Shown here in pieces: positions 35,745 through 46,620 of a stretch of 64,000 nucleotides of DNA (position 1 is its first letter; each line of letters opens with the position of its first letter). The notes beneath the pieces were generated by a model that was not told the DNA's origin, did not search any database, and saw only the letters and a list, made by a program, of their open reading frames with translations. The DNA comes from Perkinsus chesapeaki ATCC PRA-425 (lineage: Eukaryota > Protista > Perkinsozoa), in assembly GCA_013115145.1 (NCBI GenBank), contig JAAPAO010000044.1, positions 1 to 64,000 on the forward strand. Direction: 5' to 3'. The translations under genes were made by a program, and so were the position numbers.

Positions 35745-36294
35745 CGTACTAGTGCAATATAAGAGACGGAAAATGACGATGATCAGGGGAGAGTCTCCCC
35801 GGGAGACTTCCCCGCCACATCACGTCACGAGAAGCGCCAGCGATGCGGTCACCGGCGTGTCAAGGTATAGGGGGTTGTGAACGATACCAAGTGTAGTCGT
35901 TGAAGGTATAACTTGTAGAAAACGCAAATCAGAACCTTGCACCTAATACGCACTTGTACCGGGACAAGAAGCGTCAAGTTAATACGAATAAAAACGTATA
36001 CTTACGTCGTATACCTACGTACACGATCTGTGCACTTATACGAGTATATTGCAGCACCTAAGCTATAGCTAGCCTAGCACAGCTCAGCCACAAGATACGT
36101 TACTCAAAGTCGTCACAATAATTGTCTACTTAATTCGGGCCAACGGTTTTCTAGGCGCGTGACGGAGTGTGGCGCGTGACGAACGAATGCATCCCACAAC
36201 AGGCGTGCGCATAGCGCGCATGGCGTGCGCCACCGATAACAGTTGGGCTGGCGCGAAGGTAGAATTTATGTCGTTTGACCTGCCGATATTTAAA

Positions 36295-36885
36295 TTACAA
36301 TTGAGAGTAATCTCCAACGGGGAGGCCTGGATCGCACCAGTGTATCCCCCTCTCCAAGGTCCGCAGCGGACCGTCCGCTTGATGGTCCTTCAAGTTCTTT
36401 GAGAAGTGAAAATAGGCTATTTTAAATAGCAACGAGCTGAAAATATACCAAGTATACCAGCAGCTTCCTGAATATAAGTGACCATTTCGCACACCAGGTA
36501 AATAGGTTTTACAGGCTCGAAGAGCTCCTTGGTGAGCGTCATGAACACACAGATTTATGACATGAATCATGTCACATGATGCCATTGCGATGTCATTGAC
36601 ATCGCTCAGCGTCCTCTCCCCATCTGTTAAAACTTGAACGAGCACATCTAGATGTCCCAGCAAGTGATAGTATATCTCGTAGCACTCTTCGTCAATAATC
36701 GCCAAAAGAAAAGGTACAAACGTGTGCCTGTGTTCATGCTCACGGCTAGGCCTGAAGCGACCATCCAAGCCTTGGATTCCAAGGCAGGTTAAGCCAAATT
36801 GTTTCTGAACAACAGCTCGTCTCCTGTCACCTCGAGTCTCGAAAGACATGAGAAACCAGCTAAACTCCCAATAACCCTCATGCAA
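36295..36885 (-). mobile_element. MULE (Mutator-like) transposase-domain remnant
   Basis: HTFVPFLLAIIDEECYEIYYHLL...VLTDGERTL...INLCVH follows the MULE core pattern (P-hhh-A-hh-x-E..Y..hh / hTD.e..L / C..H region). The first catalytic D and TIRs were not found. Confidence 0.45.
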
Positions 36886-36925
36886 ACATTACTTTCATCT
36901 GTTTGATAATGATAGAGAATTTGTG

Positions 36926-37089
36926 AAGGTACACTCAAGGTGTACACTGATAAAGGATTTGTAAAGGTACGCTCGAGGTGTACGCTGATAAAGAATTTTA
37001 AAAGTACACTCAAGGTGTACACTGTTACAGAACTCTAAAGGTACACTGGAGGTGTACACTGAGAAGAACTTTTCAAGGTGCACTCGAGG
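36926..37089. repeat. Degenerate 37-38-bp tandem repeat, about 4.5 copies
   Basis: Units start at 36926, 36964, 37001, 37038 and 37075. Consensus AAGGTACACTCAAGGTGTACACTGATAAAGAATTT. Confidence 0.9.
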
Positions 37090-38078
37090 CTTATCTGCCC
37101 ACTGCAAAGTAAACCAAGTAAATCAAAACAAAAATTTGCAAGACACACCATACACAACCAGCCTGACTTCACATCTCTATAACCTGGTAGGTTGAACCTA
37201 CATTATATTGTCAGTGAAAATTCCTACATGTTAAATCCTAAACCCGTCGCAGTCTAGACTCTAGACTGCGACTGTCGCAGACACTAGCTTCTCTAGACTC
37301 TAGAGAATAGCCAACGACTCACGTGGTTGGTTGCCAGACACTGGTGTAAAGCTGGGGATGTACTGCAACTGAAATGCTAAACAGCAAAACCGGGAACTTG
37401 GGCATCGCTCTACACGCCCAACCAAATGTCATCGCTCCACCAAATTTCTCGCGCGTGCCCGTGTAGCCTCTGGCTACAGTAGCCACTACGCTCATCAACT
37501 CACAACTTTTTGGGCCACTTACCTGGATTTGTATCGCTTGGGGGGAATACGGTTGGTCGGAGCATCAAAAAGGAAGTGACGAACACTATTTGAAAAATAG
37601 AATTTATGGCTGCCATAAATTGTTGCCGCAATGAGAAACGAATATTGAGGAGGTCTGGCGTAATATAGAGACTTTCATATGATATGATATGATATGAATC
37701 ATATCAGCATGTACTTTCTTGTAATATTAAGGACTTCTTCTAAGCCAGGTGAGCGGCTCACTTGAGCCACATAGAAACATCAATGATCCGCGTATTACTT
37801 ACCGATTCGTCGTATTGCGGCGCTCGAGACCATGCCATGTTCGTGCAAGCCTCGCACTGCAAAGTGCAAGAAAAGCTCAAAAATGAATCTTTCACCCACC
37901 ATTCGAAGTTGTGTGCCCCTTTCACAGGCAGCGAAGACCTTGGGAAGTTCCCAAGGGCTAATTAGCGTCTGAAGGGGGCCTCAAATTGAGGCCGCCTTCA
38001 GACGGTTATATATTGGTAGCCGATTACTCCCCACCTAACGCAACCCCTTCAGCCATGGACGGAAACAGTTGAACATGT

Positions 38079-41000
38079 TTACTTCTGATGGTCGATGGTT
38101 GCTGCGAGAACATTCTTAATAACTTGCGGTAGCTTCCTCAAATCCTTCACTGTCGTCGCTTTACCTGAATTAGACAGGCTTCACCAACGCTTCGCGGAGG
38201 TCCGTAAAACACCTCTGGAAATTGATTGGCATAACACGTCTGCCTGATCATCGAAAGATGCTATGAAAAATACGTGGGAATGAACTTGGTCGGGTGCCCT
38301 ATTCAACGCCGCATCCATCTGTTTAGGACTGATATCGTATCTAAGGGATACGAGCTTATAAATACGATACAACTCATCTCTACCGTTCACCTGTCCAAGT
38401 TTGCATCGCTGAAAGCCATTAGTAACTTCTCATCAGCAGGGCCGGCGTTCACCAATCGATCCGTTGCAAGCTGAATGGCTTCAAGCGTGGAATCACCGGG
38501 GCTGCAGTACTGTGCGTGGGCACACATTTCCTGAAGTTGCAGGTTTTTGTTAATAACTTATCGATTATCTTGAGCAACGTATCTCACCTGTATAACTCTG
38601 TACTTTTCCTTCTCATTCTTTGGGGGTTTCTCAAAGTCAACAAGCCTGATAGCCGGCCCATCACCACTATGTCCACGAATCTCATAGAGGAAGCGATCTT
38701 CAAAGCCATTGAGGGCTTCAAGCAAGAGTACAGCAATCTCGGTCATGCGCTTTAGACGCCCATCAACACCATTAAAGCGGTACCTGCCAAATGATGCGCC
38801 ATCTCGACATGTAGATTCTCAAAGAACTAAAGCTAGGCACGATTCGTGCCAGCATGTGAGACGGCACGAAAGGATAAGGCCACTTACATGCTGGCACTGA
38901 CGTCCAATACAATAGACAGTCGTTTTGGCAAAATCTGCGGCTCTCCGACTTTGGGCTCTTGTAGAGCCCTACGGCGATAGACACGTTTGTCACCGGCAAG
39001 GGCGTCGACCAACCTGTTGTAACTGGACTTGGAAATTGCAGATTTGTTTCATATTCACTTGTTTTCATCCAGTTCACCCTCACTCCCCGCTAGCCACTTT
39101 CTTTCTCTCAAACGACTATCAGAGTTGTGCAGCACTCGTCGAAGCTGTTGTATTTCATCACCAACACCGTTCATCTGGAAATATCTCAAGCTGAGGAGAC
39201 GACATCCGTTTTACCAATTGAGTGTATCGTTGCCAATCTGCGCTGGACATTTTAATTTCCTCAAGTCTCTTCCTCAGTGCTTCTTGACCCATCTTTCGAG
39301 CAGCTTCGGCAGCCTCTGGAGATATACTGGCCTTTACTTCGTCACTTACCTATAACGACAAAAATATGTTTTCAAGAAGAGCCAAGGTGTACAGTGCCGG
39401 AAGAATTGCCTGCTACCCTCACCCGGACCTGAAGCTTCCACATCAAATTGATCCAGAGAGTGCTTTAACGCCCGGAAGTCCAAAAACGGAATTTCCTCTT
39501 GAGCATGTGTACGCAAACCCATGCATTTGTTCAAATATTGTTGATATACCTGGTGCACCGGATGCCCTTTGTCCAATCTGTACGGCCCTCCAACTCCGCC
39601 GAGGCCAGCCGTATCAGCACCACCGGTGCCACCAGCATAGGTGTTACCACCGACGTGTGGTGCATTATCTGGGTTGCGAAGATATCAACATCATATCTGC
39701 CTTATCATGGCCACTACCTTCTTTGCCGTGCTTTGGCTCACCGCTGGCTGTCTTGTGATCTTCTCTTGTAGGAAGGCTCCTCAAATGACGGTACTCCTTC
39801 TCTGCAAGCTCAAGCTGGCTGCGCATTATCTGCAATAGGAGATGACGATCCGTTTATTTGTCGACTCGATAACTGTGCGCCCCAGACGATCCACTTACCT
39901 CGAGTAAGTCTACCCACCCGTCGGTGTAGATGACTAATATCTTGCCATTATCTCCAATCTCTCTTATGAGCTCTACTGGAAAATCACGAAGCGGCAAGCG
40001 TCGAACCTGAACCACACTGTGGTGAGGGCCAGTACTCGCCATACGATCCTACAGATGCTGGCTCCACCGTATCGACAATCTCGAGCTGACCTAATCTATA
40101 GTTTATCAGGGTACCACTACGTCCGATAATCGAGCACTGGCTGAAGCCGCCCCGAGTGCCTCCTCCACCGGGGCACACCCAGACGCTTTGGTCGGGTTGG
40201 ATTCGATAGAAGTAGGAATGCTCTAGATTTTCCCTTTGGTAGACATTATTGGCAAAGTCGTATGCGAGCGGCGGTGCCATAGGAAAGTGTACGATGGAGA
40301 TGACGCCTCCTTCAAGCTTCAGGCCATCACCACGGGCATTCGACAGCAATACGGTTTTGCTCCCCGAAGCGATGTTAGTGATTTGACCAATCTGGTCAGC
40401 TGACCTCAGAATGAGGCGAACGGCTGGAGGGTTTGCTGTCACATCTACCTCGTAGACCTCCTTGCTGCCCACAAAGCTCAACGTGGAGGAAGATGCATCT
40501 TTATCGGCAATAGCAACGAAGAGGTCCGCATGTGGACCAAACAATCGATGGACGACACCTCGAGAGCTGGCAGCCGACTCGGGCAATTCGACCAAGATTC
40601 CAGCTGTAGGATGCCACACGTAGACCTTGTGGTTGACCATCACCACCTGGGGCTTCCCTCTAGACCTTGCCGACTGGCCGTTAAGGCTCACGTCCGCCCC
40701 ACTGTTGGTGGTATTCCTCCATCTCATAGCACTGATACCGAGGGACCGACAGCTGCATTCCCAGTTGTTGGTGTCAACTGTGTAGAGGCGCATACCGTCG
40801 GTCATGGAATCGCATAGGATATTCACTTGACCAGGGGAGGCTACCGCATCAACAATTTCCTCTTGGCGAGGGTACCTGAGAATCACTGTGTCAATAAACT
40901 TCACCGAGATGAGCTCAATTCCCTAACCCGATCAATGGGAGTTGTAGAGATGCCGCCTTTTCTGTGAAGGCCCCCACGGAGCGCGGTTGTTCAAGCGACT

Positions 41001-44000
41001 TCAGCGGTGAGTTCATCGATGGCTCCATAATAATGGTTCGGCTCTCGGCCTTAAGCCATGGGCCTGAGGGCTAGAGTGAGCAAGATGAGCAAACGGTCTA
41101 GTCAACACCTGGCGTTTGCTGGTGATGCTTAGTAATCTGAACTGACCCGACTGGACGGAGTGGAGGGAGAAGTTCGGCCTCCTAAATCCAAGGAATTGAT
41201 TCGGCACTCATTTGAAGAAGAGATTATTCAATGGTACTATACAGAACCAGAGTAACATCCAAGACAGGGATCAAGATGAGGCTCATTGCAAATGTCTATC
41301 CGAGAGTGTGTAGTGGGCGAGACCCTCTCGCCCTCCCAGAGCCTGAAGCCAAGAGGCTAAGGGCCCTACCTGTAATAGGACAGCTGCCGATGAATCGGTA
41401 AAACCATCAAGTATGGCTTTAGATGGGAAACCATGGCGTTCGAGAACCCTGCGGATGTGATTCAAGGCCGTAGTATCCCACCTACACAACAGAAGACTTA
41501 ACAGACGCTATAACATAGAAAGATTTAATCTTACCTCTCGAACGCCAGAACGCCCTGCAGCGCCTCATCTGAGCGTCCAAAGTGCTCCATGTGTCTGATG
41601 GTAAATTGTCAGTAACCTCCCCTTTAGGCGGTTACCGTGCACTCGCTAGCAGCTCCCGAGTTGAGAAGGGATAGGAAAGTAGGCCATCCATAGTGAGTTG
41701 GCGGAGGTCGCCGAACACCGACACCAACTGGGACAGCACTCCCATGGGAACCTACGAGGGAAGGAGGAGCAGTTTTGGTTGTGAATAAAAAGTAGAGGGC
41801 AGGCTCACTTTTGGGGCGACGGAGCGAACTAGCTCGAGTTCTGAGTTCTTATCGGGGTTGTCCAAAAGAAAGACCGAGAACACATCACCGCACTCCCGGA
41901 AGAAGTCGTTGCCGAGGAACGGGAAGCCGGGCCGATTGCTGAGGAGAAGAGAAATCTTAGAACGACCGGCCAGCTTGGAGTGTTACCAGAGGACAACACA
42001 CTTGAAGTGTGGGTGGATAGGCATGCTTAGGCCCTGCCCACCAAGGATTCGACCATCAGGCAGATTCAAATAACCGTCCTCGAGCAACGATTTGAGGAGG
42101 ATAACCACCTCGAGAGGGGCCTTGTCCGCTTCGTCGAGGACAATCCAGCGCCCTAAAGACAAAGAGAATTAGAGGGCCTTTCTCAAGCCAGCATGCCTTC
42201 GATTGCTGCTTTAACTAAGGGAGACTCCTTCCAGGTGATGGCACCATCTTCGAGCTCAGGAATGCAGGTCAATGATCCCACGGTACTGTCGCGATGAAGC
42301 TGCATATAGTACCTGAAAACCATAGTCAGACTTAAGCGCTCCGAAAGCGAATGAGAGGTTTGAGTGCAGGTCCAGCTATGGAGTTCAGAGTTCAGGGCCG
42401 CGTAGAAGTGTTCAAGATGTACGGGAATAGAGCTCGAGGTTATTTATAGAAACGTAGGGAACGTGGAAGTCACTCGCGCTCCATACGTGGGCCCTGATTT
42501 ATTATATTTTTTGTGAGTAGCACGGAGTGCATGTGTCCTAAGTTAGGACTCCTAACTCCAGTGGAGCTAGTTCGCATGCGACAGAGCTGGGAAGTGCACT
42601 ATCTCTCTCTGTCTACCAACCCAATCCGCCATGCTTCTTGAGTGATGGCTTAGGCGTTGAACCTTTCATTCATTTATGGTCAGTGAAAGCCGCACACCGG
42701 AGGTATTTGGCAGCGGGCAAACTGAGTGGGTGGTGTGCTGTTTGGAGCCTCTCTCACCTCTCCACCCCCAGCAGCTCCATGTAATAGTCGATGACTTTAT
42801 TCTTCCCGACACCTTGAGGCCCCACTATCAATAAATGTCGTTCACCACGCAGAAATCTGAATAAGACTGGACCTTCATCAGCAGTATGGTGACTTACAGA
42901 TCGGCATGAATTTCCGACATAAATCTTTTATGTGAAGGAATAGGCACAAAGCTGTCACGAACATGAGGGACCTGACTTCACCAATTACCAACACTCGCCT
43001 ATAGCACCTACCAACTCAGGCCGAGAGCCTTCAGCTCTCGTAGAGTACTTCGGTGCCTCAATGCCGGAAATAACCACAGAGCCGCCGAGCTCAGACAGCT
43101 AGCATGAGACCATTCGCAATAAGCCACTTGGCGTAAGCTCCGTTACAGTGACTTCATCGCTAGAGCTTCGGCTTGCATTTGCGCTGAGTGCGGCTTCTAT
43201 GAAGGCTTTCGGGAGAGCATCGCGCTCTACGGCGGGGACAAGATCGAGGAGTAGCTGTCGCCACATCACCGATGCTATGAGCTCATTTGAAGGCGATTCT
43301 CCAGAGCAACTGCATAGGTAGGCAAAGAGCATTCACCAGAGAGAGTCATGAAGTGTTACTTTTTGGCGATTCTAAGGAGCCTTCTCAAGGTGAAAGGAGG
43401 TATCCCTTGACAGCCATCTACTGCTGTTTTAAATGACAACAGAGACGAGAGAAAAGCTGAAACATCTGTAGGTTCGAGAACTAACCAGAGGAACACTCCT
43501 CGAGGGAATCTAGCTTACCTGATCCATTGTATTTAGCCGACAGTATCTCGGTTGCGAACCCATCGTTCATGACATGGAATGAGAATAACCCCATTACCTA
43601 TGAATCGGTTTATTCTTGATTGCTGTATTATTAAGATACCTCTGAGGTTAGCCATGGGTTACCTTGAGTAGGTGGATTGGCTATGGCGATGATGCGGAAG
43701 TTCGGGTGTACATGGACAACTTCAGGCCCCTGAAGGATTACATTTCTGTGCATCTGGGAGGAACTGACTAACGCCCGATTAGTTCAGCTGGATAGAATGT
43801 CTGCCTACGGAGCAGATGGTCGTAGGTTCGAATCCTGCATCGGGTATTTCACACAAGCACTTGCTTCATTGTCACCAACGTTCTCATAACGGCTTGTCCC
43901 TCCCGGAGCGATATGTCGTTGAACAATACCAGTGCAATGCATCACCACTTTTTGAGACTCAAACATTGCTCGTGTGTCGATATTTCACATTCGTGAATAT

Positions 44001-46293
44001 TCAACATCACCCTTACCGTATCATCATCATCAATGTCCATCTGATCATCATCAGTTAATACAAGTCCCTTCCCTCTCGTATCCGAGTTCTGTAATGGACA
44101 TTGCCTATCAGCTATCAGCGGCCCCAATGCACATAGAACGTCCGATGGTACACGATGCAGCCCATCCAGTATGAGTAACTAAAGCCCTTCAACTGCCGCT
44201 CTACTAAATCATCATCACCAACTTTCCCTTCTATCGCCGCCCTCACAGCAGCGCTGGGCAACCATACCGATGCACCGCTGGACAGATCGGTAGCTCGACG
44301 CTGAAGGAGGTCTCGGGCGGATATGTCTTGATAGAGAAACAGCGTTTCGGTGTGAGCCGGAGACAAGTTTAAGGTCCGCATGAAATACCTATGAGAACTT
44401 TGTTATAGGAGAGATTAATCGACTTCCTGTTCTCCCAGAGATTCAGATACACTCTAATTTGCTTCAGTGATGTTTTCAAGTTTTGTGCAGCTCTCTCGGA
44501 GGCCCTGTGCGTGCTACGTCAAGTTTTCATAGTTTGGATTGGGCGGATTCGGTTTGGGAGCAAGTGTCCGCGAGACTTCCTACTGCATCGTCCTTGTCTT
44601 TCCACAACCGGAGGGACCGACAATACACACATCGAGACCATTCCGCCAATCGATGGCAAGATTCTCAAGCATAGTCTTCACAGCCGGTGTCGACACAAAA
44701 CCTGTCTCCTGAAGTCATACCGATTTAGTTAGCATTTCGAAACTCAGATCGGACTTTGTCAATTTGTGTAGAGCCTCCTCCTGTTGTAGTACTTTGAGAT
44801 ATACCCAAACTGCTTAGGATAGATTCCACTCCTCTCTTTGGATCCTCGTTTGTAAACAACATCCAAGGATACACCCTGAGCAAGAAAATACATTTCCGTA
44901 GTAGCGAATCTATGTTTATGCATGTTGCTCCGGATCAAACAAAAATTCAAGCCCATCGGACTTTGACTCGGAATTGAGGTGTAGATCAGTGGAAGCTGGA
45001 TTGATTACCAAGGTGTGCAGCTTCAGAGCTGAGCTCACTCATTCTCGCATATCCTCAGTACGCGTAATACCGCAACATTCAACACAAAAGCCCTGAGACT
45101 AGCCTTCTTCCCATGACATGCCCGATGATGATCGGCTTAGCGTTTTCAAATAGTTTATTAACCGTCGCTACCTGGCAATGGCCTGGTGAAGGTCACTCGT
45201 GGCTGAGTAGATCTTTTCGAGGTTGACCACGGCATCACTTGGCATCAAAGGCAGCTCTGACGCCTCACCAATAGCATCCACAAAATCGCGGAGCGATGCG
45301 TTCTCCCCCTAAATATCTGCACTGAGCTTGGATACTTTATTGGTACAAACCTCATTCCCAATTGGTGAACCTCCGACTACTCGACCTTGAAAACGGCTCC
45401 TAAAATGCCATAACGAGTCGCCTGCGCTTCTAATTCATTTCCTTACCGAAGCGGCGGGTCCAAAGTGTGGCCGACACAGGGCGGCACTGGCAGACCGAGA
45501 GCAATAACGATGAAGTTGGGCGAAACTCTTACGAGGTTACGAGAAGCAACCTGTGGGGTGGTACACGCCTTCCAGCAAAATTTCTCGCTGACCTCGGCCT
45601 TGCCTAGGCTCGTGACGAGCCGGTCGTACTTTGTATGATTCAGCAGACATCTGCCATCGTCGAGAACCTTTGAGAAAATTGCTTCCTAATTCACTCCACT
45701 CGATGACCCACCATTTCTCTATTCTCCAATAAGTTGTTAATTGTTGGTAAAACATTTCGTTCAGCCTTTTCTATTCCGTCCAAGATGAGTACCCTTCCCA
45801 TGACAGCAGCCCGAACAACAGCAGAGTCGACGTAAAGAGTCTGCCTGCCAATAGGACCCCCTCCCGTATTTACAATCGCTCACCTGGCCGGACACGCCAA
45901 TCTCTCGCCTTTGTCGGAGGTCGGCCTCAACCGTATCCCGTGTTATCACCAGAAGCTCAGGCTGGAGCCCCTCGGTAACACAGAAATGATACGCCTACAA
46001 ATAATTTTGTGGCGCAGTGAAGATATCCAGCAGCTCGCTAACCAGTCTTCTTCTCGTCGATCCTGGATTCCCTATTAAAAACATATCTTGCCTCAAAGCG
46101 TACTTCTGCCGCATCCACTTCAAATGCCCTTCAAAAACCGTTTCAAAAGTGGCATCTCCCGAGACTATCTGAAAAAGCTCCAAACTCCCAGCAAGAACTC
46201 GCGGCTCACTTTAGGAACGATCCCCCTCCCCAAAGCCGACGGAGGCCGCCTTCCAACATGGGAGGCCACCGAGTTCAATCGCCGCCCTGCCAT
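38079..46293 (-). CDS. VWA8: VWA8 (multi-AAA+ ATPase with C-terminal von Willebrand A domain), many exons
   Basis: HLKWMRQKYALRQDMFLIGNPG, SRDTVEADLRQRREI, LYQDISARDLLQRR, HPNFRIIAIANPP, MQLHRDSTV, VLDEADKAP, NRPGFPFLGNDFF, PHVGGNTYAGGTGGADTAGLGGVGGPYRLDKGH, VLDVSASM, YEIRGHSGDG. ATG 46293 with a transit-peptide-like start; TAA at 38081-38079. Confidence 0.92.
42535..42556. other. Perfect 22-bp hAT-type excision scar (inferred TSD GTCCTAAC) in a VWA8 intron
   Basis: GTCCTAA + GTTAGGAC + TCCTAAC, inside the 445-nt intron 42313-42757. Confidence 0.8.
43773..43846 (+). tRNA. tRNA-Arg(ACG), intronless
   Basis: Cloverleaf: acceptor GCCCGAT/ATCGGGT+A, D stem GTTC/GAAT, anticodon stem TCTGC/GCAGA with loop CT-ACG-GA, T arm GTAGG-TTCGAAT-CCTGC. 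Confidence 0.95.
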
Positions 46294-46620
46294 GGTGAAT
46301 TTAACTGCATGATGTAAATTGACAACTTAACTCAATGTAGCCAAGATACCTCCTCGGGAAACACTCAACAATCTTCTTCTTCAATGGCTTTGTCTTAGTC
46401 GACTACCGCCAATCGGAATAGTAATAGGCGAAGGAAACCAGATGAAGGAGGAGGAGGAGGAATGGTCACAATAATTGTAACGGTTATTGTTGTTATTGAA
46501 GAAAGTCCACAAGTACATCGAATACGACGATGTCGTCGATGAAGCTTCTAAACAGTTAGACACTGTCATCAATGATAACAACGACGACGAAGCTGCTGCT
46601 CATTCTTATTGTTGTTGCTC

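Noticed and set aside
37517-37526. ACTTACCTGG, as at the 5' end of U1 snRNA
   Set aside because: No U1 stem-loop I/II motifs or Sm site follow. It is also just the reverse complement of a splice-donor consensus.
41283-41489. CRWDTT resembling the hAT TRWNST motif
   Set aside because: The segment lies within the VWA8 exon chain, and no other hAT motifs are present.
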